This document shows positions 11,181-22,965 of a stretch of 64,000 nucleotides of DNA, one piece after another. The notes below the pieces were generated by a model. That model saw only the letters and a program-made list of their open reading frames with translations, searched no databases and was not told the origin of the DNA. Origin of the DNA: Lama guanicoe (Eukaryota); contig MU056960.1 of NCBI GenBank assembly GCA_013239625.1, positions 12,108,698 to 12,172,697 of the forward strand. Direction: 5' to 3'. Both the position numbers and the translations under genes were made by a program. Position 1 is the first letter of the stretch. The number at the start of each line of letters is the position of its first letter.

Positions 11181-11690
11181 TGTCTTTGTTTAGGTTCACT
11201 TCCCAAAAAAGATTCTGAAAGAAGGAGTTGGATGCAACCCCTTTATTTGGGAGGTATCCCTGGAAACAATGGAAGGGAGCAGGTGAAGTGGCACAGGGAG
11301 GGGAGAGAAGCCAGTGAAGGACGTGGTCACGGTCAAGTTGCCTCTTAGGGCCACCTGGGCTCAGGACAGCATGACCTTCCAAGCAGCCATCTAGAACACT
11401 GCCCAGAGTTGGCCAATCAAGGGATATTTATCTGCCAAAGCAGGGAGTATCTTTTCAAACCCTGTTTCTTGTCAGTAGGGGGTTGTCCCTGGAGTTGTCA
11501 AAAGCCTGGTAATTATGGGCTGTCCCACATCCAGGCTAGGCAAGTCCCTACGGCCCTGGAGAGAACGTCCAATAGCTGTGAGTGCCTGAGATGGGAGGAC
11601 ATCATTACACACAACTTCCCACGGAAGCTGCAGGGAACAAGAGGAGCGCTAGGGAGGACCCGGGGCAGGGTGCCAGCAGCATCTTCTGCA
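11181..11690 (-). mobile_element. ERVL solo LTR (LTR33-like)
   Basis: Begins TGT, ends GCA; tttatttgggaggtatccctggaa...gaagtggcacagggagggg...gggatatttatc matches LTR33. Confidence 0.8.
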
Positions 11691-11746
11691 GCCTGAATGG
11701 TGATCATTCGTTCTTGGACTATCTTATCTGAAAGTGACCTTGAGAG

Positions 11747-12210
11747 CGTCTTAGTTTCTTAGAGCTGTTGTAACAAATGACCACAAACCACAAATGACTG
11801 AGATTTATCCTCCCACAGTTCTGGAGGCCAGAAGTCCAAAATCCAGGCATTGACAGAACTACGCTCCCTCTGAAGGCTCAATGGGAGAACGCATCCTTCA
11901 ACCCTTCCAGCTCCCAGTGGCTCCAGGCAGGCATTCCTTGGCTTGTGGACGTGTCACTCTCTCTGATCACTGCCTCTGTCTTCACATCGCTCCTCCTCCT
12001 CCATCTGTCTAACCTTTCTCTGCCTCCCTCTTATAATGACACCTGTCATTGGATTTAGTGCCACCTGAGTAATCCAGAGTGATGTCATCTCGAGACCCTT
12101 AATTTATTTACATCTGCAAAGATTGTTTTTCCATGTGAAGTAACATTCTCAGAGTCCAGGTATAAGGACATCTATCTAGTTTTTGAGGGGCCACCATTCA
12201 ACCCACTCCA
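11747..12210 (-). mobile_element. MaLR solo LTR (MLT1C-like)
   Basis: tgtaacaaatgaccacaaac...cacagttctggaggccagaagtccaaaatc...tcattggatttag...accattcaacccactcca; flanks gagag/gagat. Confidence 0.9.
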
Positions 12211-12734
12211 GAGATCATCAATACAAAAGCCCAACTTAATGGATAGGGTCACAGAAGTCCAAGGGTCAAGATGACTGGCTCAAGGTTGTACATCCACAGC
12301 CAGATCCTGAGCCTGACCTCAAGTCTCCTGATGCGAAAACAGAATTCACTCAGTCGCTCAGGAGTCACTCCTCACTTCTCACTTTCCTTCATCTCTTACA
12401 TTCAGCCTATCAGTCTGTTATCCTCTTCATTCCCAGATGACATCCTACAGGCTGCCACGTCTCACCACCCCCACCTCCACCTCCGTAGTCTGAGCACATC
12501 TCCCCGGCCGAGTGCCCTGGCCTCCTGGCGGACTCTGCTCCTAGTTCTCTCTAGTTCACTCTTCAACTCAGAGAATGTTTTCAAGAAAACCAGCATCCTG
12601 CTTCAAACCTTCAGCGTTTGCCATCACACTAAGCACAGAATGCAGTCCTGCCCAGGGCCCTCAGTGCTCCAGTCACAGCCTTTCGCCTCCTGACCCCTGC
12701 TTCCCCTGCAGGAGCATGCTAGCTGGTTAGCATG

Positions 12735-12847
12735 GTTACTTAGTTGAAAGTTCTGCTGCCTCTGTCTTGAGATTCCAAATAATTTTTGAAAAAGGGGCCC
12801 TCTATTTTCATACGCACCGCGCCCCATCCATGCAATAGCCAGTCCTG
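12735..12847 (+). mobile_element. MER91-like hAT-Tip100 MITE, 3' part
   Basis: tctgctgcctctgtcttgagattccaaataatttttgaaaaaggggccc...attttcat...tagccagtcctg. Confidence 0.75.
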
Positions 12848-13129
12848 CAGGTGGCGGATATAAGTTGCATGCAGTGGATTCCAGATCCACATGCAGAAAG
12901 GTTTCTTTTTTCATGCAGAGTGACTGACTTCCCTCCAAGTGCGACATTCCCCTTTGGTGCATTTATTCATGCAGATGCTGGACAACCGCACAGCAGGGAT
13001 GTTATAGAAATAATTTACTCTTCAAGTAGAGGGTTAGACTAGGTCATCTCCCCAGAACCATCCACATCACTCAGAGTAATGATAGCATCTCAGATTACAG
13101 CAAATTGCCTCCAGTGACCAATCCTTTAT

Positions 13130-13316
13130 GGCTGTGGATTTTAACCAGGGGTGCGGACCAGGAATCACTTGGCTAAGACTTTTTTCAAGATAAATGTGCC
13201 CAGGCTCTACTCAAAACATTGAATCCAAAGCTTTAAGAGTGCGACAGGGGTGCAGATCTTTGGAAATGCTCTCCTGGTGATTTTTAAAGGCACCCCTGAG
13301 TAAGGACTACTCCTAA
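13130..13316. mobile_element. MER5-like hAT-Charlie MITE
   Basis: gaatcacttgg...tgcccaggctctactc...tgaatc...ctcctggtgatt...aggactact. Confidence 0.6.
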
Positions 13317-14279
13317 AACAGAGGCTGTCTCTGGCTCCCGTCCATCTAGACACCACTTAAAAAGGCACACAGCACTTTGTTCAATGTGAAGGGCGCACCT
13401 GGCACAGATGCCAAGTTGAAGCTGATTAGTTCCTAGATCTTTCTTCCTGCCATGAAATTACAACTACGCTGACCCTGACCTACCTCTAACATCTCAAATA
13501 TCCAGAACCCTCAAAGGACACACCCAACAAAACAGAAAATGACCCTGAAACTTCAAAGGAAAATCGACCCAAAGACAGAGCAAATTTGATCAGCGCCCCC
13601 TTCATCACCTCATGGCCACCAAAAAGCCAGGACACCCTCTGCCTCGTCATCCTAGAGGCCTTTCCTTCTCAAGTTCTTCATCATAGTAACATTCTCCTGC
13701 AGTGGATTAACAGAATCACGTTAGATGGGCTAACAGAGTCCTGTTGGCTTTCCAGAGACAGCCTAAAACTAGAGAGAACTGAATAGAGCAGACAGAGGTC
13801 AAAGCTAGCTCGCTTGGTCACCCCAAACCTACACCATCTCAGCACACTCATGTGTCCACCCGCCGCCCTGTATGAGCAGCCACCATGTTAAAATTCTGTC
13901 TCTTCCAGAAAAATGCAAAACAATGTTTTAACGCTAAGGGCCACCTGCTGTGTGTGTGTGTGGTTTTTTTTTTTTAATGCGACAGTACCATTCCAAATTG
14001 CATGAATCATCTCTAAATATAGAAGTCAGCTCCTAATACTCATTGCCTGTTCTGAATGGTAAGTAACACTTTCCAGTTTTTATGTTAGAATCATTGCCAG
14101 AAACCTGTTAACTTGGTGCCTCATGATCCTTGAGAGGTGAGCATGAAGCTACTTGCTACACTTGGCAAACACGCCGAGGCTCTCTCTGTGTGCAGTGAAA
14201 CAACAAACGGTATAGTCGGTTCTACACACACACAAAGTCCCCCTGAACCACGTGAAACAGTGACTTTCAACTTGGAAGG

Positions 14280-14602
14280 TGTGATGGATGGGAGGTCTCT
14301 GTCCCCCCAGAACCTACATGTTGAAGGCCTAACCCTCAGAGTGATGGTATTCGGAGGTGGGGACTTCGGGAGGTAATCAGATGCAGTCATGAGGGTGGGG
14401 TCGCCACGATGGGATTAGTGCCCTTGCGAGAAGAGACTGAGAGCTTGCTGGCTCGCTCTCTCTACCATGTGAGGACACAGTGAGAAGGTAGCCATCTGCA
14501 AGCAAGGAAGAGGGCTCTCACCAGGAACCAGATTGGCCAGCACCCTGACTGTGCACTTCCCAGCCTCCAGAACTGTGGGAAACAAATGCCTGAGGTTTAA
14601 GT
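14280..14602 (+). mobile_element. MaLR solo LTR (MLT1A0-like), 3' end incomplete
   Basis: tgtccccccagaacctacatgttgaa...gatgggattagtgccctt...catgtgaggacacagtgagaagg...cttcccagcctccagaactgtg. Confidence 0.9.
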
Positions 14603-15759
14603 GAGGCCATGGCTGGAGCAGGCAGTGAGTTACCTGGAATCAAAGCTAAAAATGGGGCATCTTACAGAAAATTGCAAAAGGGAAGGTTAAAAGAAGCCAG
14701 AGAAATGAACAAGAAATAATCAAGAGTTCTAGTAAAGGAAGCTCAAAAGGGATGCTGAAAGGGTCCACCCAAACCCATGAGGCCAGAAGCAAGACTTGAA
14801 AGCCAGAGTCTGGAGCCATGGCGATAGGGTAACATATGGACAGTGAACCACAGGACAGTGCTTGTCCCTGGATGGTCCTCCATCATCATTAAAAAGGCCA
14901 ATGACAAAATGATAGTCTCTTTGAGTCTGCCATACACTAAAGCTGGTGAGACCGCCCTGCCCTAGCATGTAATGATCCTCTGCTTCTTTCCATGTTCTAA
15001 CATGCACACACGTATATGTACACACATGCACAGATACACACACAGGGTCCCTACTATGTTTGACAGAGCTATGAAGTGCCTTGGTTTCACACGTGTACAT
15101 CTGCACTCTTCGCCAAGACAGACCTTCGAAGAAATCCCTCCATTCTTCTCCCAATAACCTGACAGTTATTTCCCAAATCCTGGCACCCATCACCATGCAG
15201 CAGTAGGGTGGCCACTCCAGGCTGCTTGACATATTACTCCCAGGTCATGTCCACATACATCACTGAGGCGGTCAGCACCTTTATTGCAGTCCTGTTCCCT
15301 GATGCCTGTCCTTTGGTCATTAACCTTAACAATGTCAGTAGTGTTCACACTCCAAGCCTGAATTAACACCTGAGGCAAGCTGCCCCCAGCCACTGGAGCA
15401 GTCAGGCTGTAACTCAGCCTGGGCACCTGCATTCTGAACTGGATTGTCCCCACCAGTAGGGGGAAAACCAGAAAGACAAAAAGGATCAGCTTTTCCTGTG
15501 GCTGTCATGCCAAACTCATACCGATACAGCCAGATGGAAAGTAAAAAACTTCCCTAAATAATGTGGTCATTTGAGGCCACATATCATTAAAAGCATAACT
15601 AAAAATGATAAAACAGTAGAATTAGGAATAATGATTATCCCAAATTTCCTGCTACATTAGAAAACTGAGGGTCAGCTGGAATGACCACTTGGTGAATGTC
15701 AGCAATCATTGTGCAGTGGGCTGGACCCCTAGTCAGTGATCTCCAACCCCCTGAAGAAG

Positions 15760-15880
15760 CACGCAAGTAACTTCCAGTGTTCTGATCTTATACATAAGAA
15801 AACCGGGTTCACAGATGTTAAGCAATTTGCCCTGGGTTGCACAGTCAATAAATGGCCAAATTGAGTTTTTGGGCCCATGA
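15760..15880 (-). mobile_element. MIR fragment
   Basis: aagaaaaccgggttcacagatgttaagcaatttgccctgggttgcacag. Confidence 0.6.
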
Positions 15881-15884
15881 TTTT

Positions 15885-16353
15885 TGTGCTGGACGGATTA
15901 AAGACATTCACATCCTAGTTCCTGAAACCTGTGAACATGCTCCCATAGCAGACGGGAATGAAGGTTGCTAGTCAGTTGATTTTAAAATAGGGAGACTATA
16001 CTGAATTACCTGAGTGGGCTCTATGTAAACATAAGGGCCCTTAGATGTGGAAGAGGGAGGCAGAAGAGTCAGCACCAGAGTGATGTGACTCAGTAAAGAC
16101 TCAACTGGCCAGGGCGAGCTTTGAAGATGGAGGAGGGGCTGTGAGCCAAGGCAGCCTCTAGAAACTGGGAAAGGCAAGAACATAGACTCTCCCCAAGAGC
16201 TTCCAGAAGAACACCACCCTTCTACACCCTGGTTTAATCCAGTGAGACCCATGTCAGTCCTCTGATCTGCAGAATGGTAAAACAATCAAGTTATGTTGTT
16301 TTTAGCTACTGCATTCATGGTGATTTGTTACAGCCACCATAGGTAACCAATAC
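15885..16353 (+). mobile_element. MaLR solo LTR (MLT1D-like)
   Basis: cacatcctagttcctgaaacctgtgaacatg...gaagagggaggcagaagagtcag...gcctctagaaactgggaaaggcaag...gatttgttacagccaccataggtaaccaatac. Confidence 0.88.
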
Positions 16354-16394
16354 TACCACCCAAGACCAAAGACTTTTTCATTCATTATGACCAC

Positions 16395-17475
16395 TGTTAG
16401 TTTTTAATGACTGTGTAACACACGACTACAAACTTGACAGCACAACAGCAGCACGGATTCCGCAGCTCCCAGTTTTGTAGGTGAGAAGTCTCACAGCATG
16501 GGGGAGGGGGTAGTGTCTGCTCTGCTTTGATCTTTCAAGAGCAAAACCAAGGTGCTGGCTGGCTGTGTTCGTTTCTGGAGGGTCTAGGGGAAAATCTACT
16601 ATCCAGCTCATTCAGGTTGTATGCTGAATTTAGCTCCTAGCAGTTGTAGGACTGACATTCCCGTTTCCTTACTGGCTGTCGGCCAGGTGCTACTCTCAGC
16701 ACCTAGAGGCCACTTGCGTTCCTTACCACATGGTTCCCTCCATTGTCGACACCAGCAATAGAGAAGCTGCTTTCCGTGGTATCCTTCAAGGCTTGGACTC
16801 TCCAAAGGGCTCACCTGACCAGGTCAGGCCCACCCATACTGATGAACAAAGTCATCAGATCAGGGCTCTGAATTACAGGCAGACCTCATTTTATTGCACT
16901 TCACAGATACTGCATTTTGTACAAGTTAAAAGTTTGTGGTGACTCTGGGTCAAGCAAGTCTATCAGCACCATTTTTCCAACAGCATATCCCTGGGGCACA
17001 TTTTGGTAATTCTCAAAATATTTCAAGATTTTTCACTATGATTGTATTTGTTATACTGATCTGTAACTAGGGATCTTTGATGTTACTATGACTCACTGAA
17101 GGCTGATGGTTACATTTTTTTAATCAAAAAAGCATTTTTAATAAAGACAGGTACATTGGTTTTTAGATATAATGATATTGTACACTTAGTAGACTACAAC
17201 AGAGTGTAAACATGACTTTTATATGCACTGGGAAGCCAAAAAATTTCTATGACTTGCTGTATTGTGATACTTGCTTTATCATGGTGGTCTGGAATCGAAC
17301 CCATGATATCTCCAAGATATGCAATGCATCTGCAAAATCCCTTCTCCGTATATAGTAACATAAACATTGGAGAGATACTCCATCACACTCGGGTCCCACC
17401 CACACCCCAGAGGCGGGAACTATGCACCAGGGGGTGGAAATCTTGGCGTGCTACCATGGAATTCCGCCTACCACA
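16395..17475 (-). mobile_element. MaLR solo LTR (MLT1E-like), interrupted by Tigger1
   Basis: cagctcattcaggttgt...cagttgtaggactga...ggtcaggcccaccca...aatta | catctgcaaaatccc...gaattccgcctaccaca. Confidence 0.85.
16876..17326 (+). mobile_element. Internally deleted Tigger1 derivative (Tigger1a_Art-like DNA transposon)
   Basis: Follows a TA; caggcagacctcattttattgcacttcacagatactgc 5' end; ggtggtctggaatcgaacccatgatatctccaagatatgc 3' end; about 450 bp, no transposase. Confidence 0.88.
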
Positions 17476-17684
17476 AACGTGTATCAGCACACATCAACAG
17501 ATTTCACCATGCTTTACTTACTACCTATTGCCTTACTAGGTGAACCACCAAAATAAAAACAAAAACAACACTGGAACTCAATCCTGACCTGCCTGCCTAC
17601 CAACCAGGTTCCCCACCCAAGTCTCCCTCTGTGTTCTCTCTCTCTGTTCACGGCTGTACACAAGCACCCAGCTAAAAAGAGTAA

Positions 17685-17895
17685 TAATGTTAGGCACCAA
17701 CTTTCACTGAGCACCAGGTACTGGTCTAAGAACACGCATCGCCACAAATCTACGAGGTCAGTGTTAATACTACTTCAGTGTTACAGGTGGTAAAACTGAG
17801 GCACAGAGATGTTAAGTAGCACAATGGCTCTTAATTATGGGGCAGAGCCAGGATTAAGAAGCTGGCCATGTGGCTCCCGAGCCAAGCTCTTTACA
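17685..17895 (-). mobile_element. MIR SINE
   Basis: ttacaggtggtaaaactgaggcacagagatgttaagta...ggcagagccaggatt. Confidence 0.75.
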
Positions 17896-19481
17896 TGTTG
17901 TTAGTTCCTGAGAGTCGAGCCACGGCTCCCCCCAGGAAGAGGAGCCCTGTGGATGCTCACAATTCTGGGTCTGGGGTTGACCTCACTGACTCTGCGAATT
18001 TCTCCGGTGTGAGTATTTTTTCCCTCCTTACAGAAGCGAACAAATTCACAGCATGTTCTAAGAAGCCCTGGGAGTTGGAGAAAGATTTGTCAAAGCCACC
18101 CCTCCAAATCCAATGATCAGAGATTCCTCCACATCCCCCGCTCTTCCTGCCCCCAGAGTTTCCATGTAGGAAAATTACAGGGACATCTGGTCACCCACTT
18201 GTAGCAAAAGCCAGCTGTAAGTGTCACCCCACACAAACCCCATTATGAGTACAATGAGGAGCACACAAGAGAGAGCAGGGATTTTGCCAACAAATCATGT
18301 GGGGGCCTCACCCACACAAAGGAGGCGGGACCGTGTCAGGAAACAATGTGACCAAATGCTTTCTCCAGAAGCTGTGGGTTCATCCTCTTAGCACCCCTCA
18401 TGATGTGCTGTGCAGGAGACATCTTGGCACTGCCCTACCACCTGCTCACCAGCAGAATGGGTCTGTGTTGGACCTTCCGTATGAGGGCAGGTGCTGTGTC
18501 CCTGCTGTGCTTTTTGTCTTCCTCAGTGTCAGACTTAATAGGGGCTCAATAAAATTTGTCATTGGTAGGGTGACATTTTTCTCAAGGGCCGCAGACCCGC
18601 CACTGCTGCATGCCCTGTTCCTGGCAGCTGTAATAATACCCATCTGGACAGAACCATTTGCTTTGCTCTGCAGGGTCCTAGAGCCCAGGAGCCCAAGTCT
18701 CTCCTCTCCTTAGTGACTCCCTGTTCTTGGGCAGTGGCCGTGATCGCATCTCAGTCTTGTGAGAATCATTAAAGTCTTAATGTGCTTCTGATGCTCCATC
18801 TGACAATTACCTTGTTCCACCTCAGCAGATCTCATGTGGTGGGCAGGGACCCAGAGGAATCCATGAGATGCTTCTGGCAAACTTTCTCAAACTATACAGG
18901 TCTTCTAGCCTCATAATTTTCATTACAACCCAACCTGGAAGACGGACACAGAGTTGGTCACCATTTGTAAAAATTTTGAAGTTGGTTCTGAGTCATTCTT
19001 GGCAACCCCACCCCCATCCCATACACACACACAAAGATACACTACCAGGTTGATTATTCTAGAATCACGCCAGGGATCATTATTAACAAGCAAGGAGAGA
19101 GCGGACACTTCATTCCCGCAAAGGTCAAAATGGAAATTCACTTTAGGAATCTGAGTTGTACTAACCTGCACAAAATAATCTGAAGGCATCCAGTTGAATT
19201 TTCTTGGCCTTAAATTACTTTTGAAAATGAGCTGAGTTGGTAGCCAGCATTCTGAATTCATTCAACTGCTATTTTTAAAATAGTCTCTTTGTCACTTAAA
19301 CTAAATTGAATTTTTTTTAAATAAAGCTTATTTTCCAGGAGCACCTATGATTTCAGAGTTTAGTTAAGATACCATATAACTTTTCCACCCCCTCTCTGAG
19401 TCCCAGACATTTAATGCTTTTAAGATTTAGTGGATGTAACTCACTAACCAAATTGGATACACTTGGCTCTCTGTTTCTTCC

Positions 19482-19805
19482 TGGTGGTAGAGGCTACTGG
19501 TTGCCTTCCAAAATATTTTCTCTTCTTCTTTCCTAAGAACCTAAGTTCTCATTGCATTATCTGGAATGCAGGTGTGATATCTGGAGCTCTAACTGCCATG
19601 TCAGAACATGAGGAAAATGGCCATACGCTTGAGATTATAGAAGGAGTCTGGAGCTGGATAACTTGGAGAAGCCGCCACTCCAGTCCTGGACTACCATATC
19701 CAGACTACCTTAGCTTTAGAGAGAAAGAATATTCTAGTTTTCTCAAGCCACTCCAATGCTGGACTTTTCTATTACATGCAGTCAGCTCTAATCATAACTG
19801 ATACA
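19482..19805 (+). mobile_element. MaLR solo LTR (MLT1J-like, internally deleted)
   Basis: ctggaatgcaggtgtgatatctggagctc...ccagtcctggactacc...taatcataactgataca terminus. Confidence 0.75.
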
Positions 19806-20552
19806 AATGAAAGCTTCAAATATACCTTTCGGCTTAGATATTCTATAATTCCAATGTGTTTTTTTTTCTTAATTTATACTTGGTTTGTCAACAACCATCA
19901 GGGAAAATTAAGCTCAGAGAGGTTAAGTGTCTTGGCCCAGATGCCACAAGAACAGAACCAGTGTCTTCTCTGACGAGTAGGTTCTGTGTTTAACAATGCC
20001 CCTGTAATAAAAGCTTCAAATGTCAGCCCACAAACACATTACCATTCATCTTGACACCAAATCCCCTAATGCTTTTGCATTTGGTTTCTTAGAAAAGCAC
20101 AGCTTTCTAAAAGCTAAATTACCACAGCATACCATCAAGTAGAATCGCACTCAATGGTATTCCCATCCATCACTTCTTTCCCTTTAAACTGGTGTGCATT
20201 GATTGCCCAGTCTGGAGAATTGTGACAATCAATACATTTTTTTCAGAGGAATAGTGGGCGAGACTAAAGAAATTAGCTTATTTTGTAGTGGAAAGAAACA
20301 AGATGTCAATCAAACCCCTTAAACCTGACCTGAAGTAAGTGCAGATGCCAATACAAAAAAAATCTAAGTCATAACTGCCAAAGTCACCCTTTTGGGAGAA
20401 GACTAGTGCTTGCATGCTGACTAGGCAGGAAGAAGGGCATGACACACAGAATGCCCTGTCACGGTGAGACCTCCTGTCCTGTGGGACACCTTAGAGGACT
20501 CTCTTCCACCCAAGGTCTCTATTTCACCACTGCAACACTGAATGTCATAGTC

Positions 20553-21075
20553 TGTGTTCTGATTACCATTACTGATTAACAAATTACCACAAAACTTAGC
20601 AGCTCAAATCAACAATTTCTCACAGTTTTGTGGATCAGGAATTTGGGAGAGGCTCAACTGGAAAGTTCTTGCTTAGGATCACTCATGTGATTGCCATCGA
20701 ACACTGGCTGGAGCTGCAGTCATATGAAAGCTTGACGGGGCTGGACATTCAAGATGGTGCATGCACATGACTGACAGTTAATGGCAACTGGGATCACAGA
20801 GGGGGCTGTTGACCCAATCACTTGCACATGGCCTCTCCAACATGCAGGTCTCAGTGTAGGTCAGACTTCTGTGACAGATGTCTTTTCTCAGAGAACCAGG
20901 AGGAAACTTCACGGCTTTTGGGGAACTAGCTTCAGCAGTTGTATGGCATCACTTTCACTGCATTCTCTTGGCTGAAGTAGCATCTTGGCTGCATCAGCCC
21001 ATCCAGACTCAAGATGAGGGCTCTTCGACCTCATTTCTCAATAGGAGGAGTATGAAAAACTTGGAGTCTCTTTTG
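20553..21075 (-). mobile_element. MaLR solo LTR (MLT1H-like)
   Basis: aacaaattaccacaaaacttagcagctc...gtggatcaggaatttggg...ggctggagctgcagtcatatgaaagcttgacggggctggacattcaagatgg...catcactttcactgcattct. Confidence 0.85.
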
Positions 21076-21919
21076 GACATCTCTTTGCAGACCAGAGTTG
21101 TGGGGAGGGGCTATGCGTGGGTTCCAAAGTAGACAAACAAGGGAATGAACTTTCAAAGAGTGTCCACTTAAAATGAGTGGTTTTGTTTCTCACTGTGCTC
21201 TTGTGTTCTTCCAAGTTGACTTTTCATTATTTCCTCCTCAACTTCAGCATTCTCTGCTCTGGAGTGGCTGGTCACTCTGGTCCCACTTGACAGTGCTTTG
21301 GTGGCCTGTCATGGTTCCCCATGCCATATAATCTACATCACTCAACTTCTCTCTGTGTAGCACAGGCCCATTACTCAGCTCCAGGTGGGACATCTCGCTC
21401 CTTTGACAGGCCACCATTTTGGTAAAGCCTGCCTTCAATGTATCTTCAAAGGAGACAGCGAAGTAGATCCGAAATGCAAAGCAGAAAGAGGACTAGAAAG
21501 TCTCTGTCAAGCTGTTAAGAGTCAATAAAATTCATGTAGGCACCAGAGGAGGAGCAAAGAAATTCTATCCTCACTGAGCTGTCAATGGCTGGAAGGGACA
21601 GACAACTCGCAGGCAGAAGACAGGGACATCCTGTGACGGTCCCATGAGGCTAGAAGGTACAATTTCCCTGTGAATGACATCCCCTCCAGGGTTAGACCTT
21701 GGTTCTGAGTCCCCACCTTGATCAGCTCCCTGCCTCCACTTCCAGACTCATCTCCCACTGCCTACCAAATTCTCCATGCTCTTCTAAACTGAAATAGAAT
21801 GACTTGCCAAATCAGAACTGTATTCAAGGGAGGAAGGATCACAGAAGCTATGTTCCCAGAGAAGTGCAAAATTCCCCAGTGCTAAAAAGAACCTTTGAAG
21901 AGCCAAAGGTGGGTTCACC

Positions 21920-21996
21920 TAGTGCCAAAACACTTCAGGGTGCTCATGCATTTATCGTTAGTGCCAAAACACTTCAGGGTGCTCATGCATTTATCG
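21920..21996. repeat. 39-bp tandem duplication
   Basis: tagtgccaaaacacttcagggtgctcatgcatttatcg twice (21920-21957 and 21959-21996), identical. Confidence 0.97.
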
Positions 21997-22173
21997 ATTG
22001 AGTGTGTCAGGGGCGTGTGATGGTGGAGGTGGGAGGGAACCAGGGAAGGCTGGCAAAGCTAAATTAGCAGTTCACCTTTCTTCAAATGAATACGATTGGA
22101 CAAAATCCTTGATGCTCAATATTAATGTTTATCACAAATAAAAAATGATTGCCCTACTAATTATAGATGACAC

Positions 22174-22637
22174 TGTCAGGGCTTTACCTAGGTCCCATTG
22201 GATCCCTTTTGCTTTTTCTTTGTGCCTCCACCCTGGCTTCTGGATTCTCCTGTTTCAAACAGCCGCCACCTGCAACTCTCATCAGAGGACATCGGTGCAC
22301 TACTAGAGGTGCCCACCGGCACAGAGAGTAGATCTGCCTAGAAACTTACACCCCAGAGTGCCCTCAGCCCAGAACTGGCAAGTGTGAGAGAACAAAAACC
22401 CAGCTCCCTGCCTCAAGTCAGGACAAACTCTGAGGTGTATTTTACACTCCAAATCTCCCCTGAGGAGTCAGGCTGGGACTCGGCTTGAAAGTGCACCCTT
22501 GTGTAGTTTATTCCCTTCTCTGCTCTGATTCTCCTGTTTCCTTGCTGATTTCCCCAGGAGCCCATCCCCAGTAAATCATGTGCACACGAGCCCTTGAGTC
22601 AGGGCTTGTTCGGGCGGTGAGGCTCTGAGCTAAGAAA
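22174..22637 (+). mobile_element. ERVL solo LTR (LTR16-like)
   Basis: aaaacccagctccctgcctcaagtcaggacaaactctgaggtgta...agtaaatcatgtgcacacgagccct...tcagggcttg...ctaaga. Confidence 0.8.
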
Positions 22638-22889
22638 TGTATCCATAAAGACGTAAACTAAATGCTTTTTGCCCCAGTCTGGCCAGGCACTGTGTCACTT
22701 CAAAGATGGACAAGCACTGGGGGCGGGGGTCAGGGTTCAGCATGGGATAGACAGAGAGTCACCACACAGAGCAGTACATCACTGATATCACGAGTGGATA
22801 ACCAGACTCACGAATCCTAGGTAGATGATGAATACAAAAAATAGGCTCAGAAGAAGAAAAATCCTTTTCTAGAGCAGCTGACAATGATA

Positions 22890-22965
22890 GAAGAAAAAAA
22901 CTGAGGCTCAGAGAGGTGAAGTGACTTCCCTGAGATCACACAGCTTTGGATGGCAGAACCCAAGA
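22890..22965 (-). mobile_element. MIR core fragment
   Basis: aaactgaggctcagagaggtgaagtgacttccctgagatcacacagct. Confidence 0.75.

Noticed and set aside
15450-15466. CTCF-like CACCAGTAGGGGGAA (also partial matches near 24865, 44614 and 62665)
   Set aside because: Each lacks a high-information position of the core motif
21920-21996. CRISPR-like repeat
   Set aside because: Two adjacent copies with no spacer, mammalian context and no cas genes
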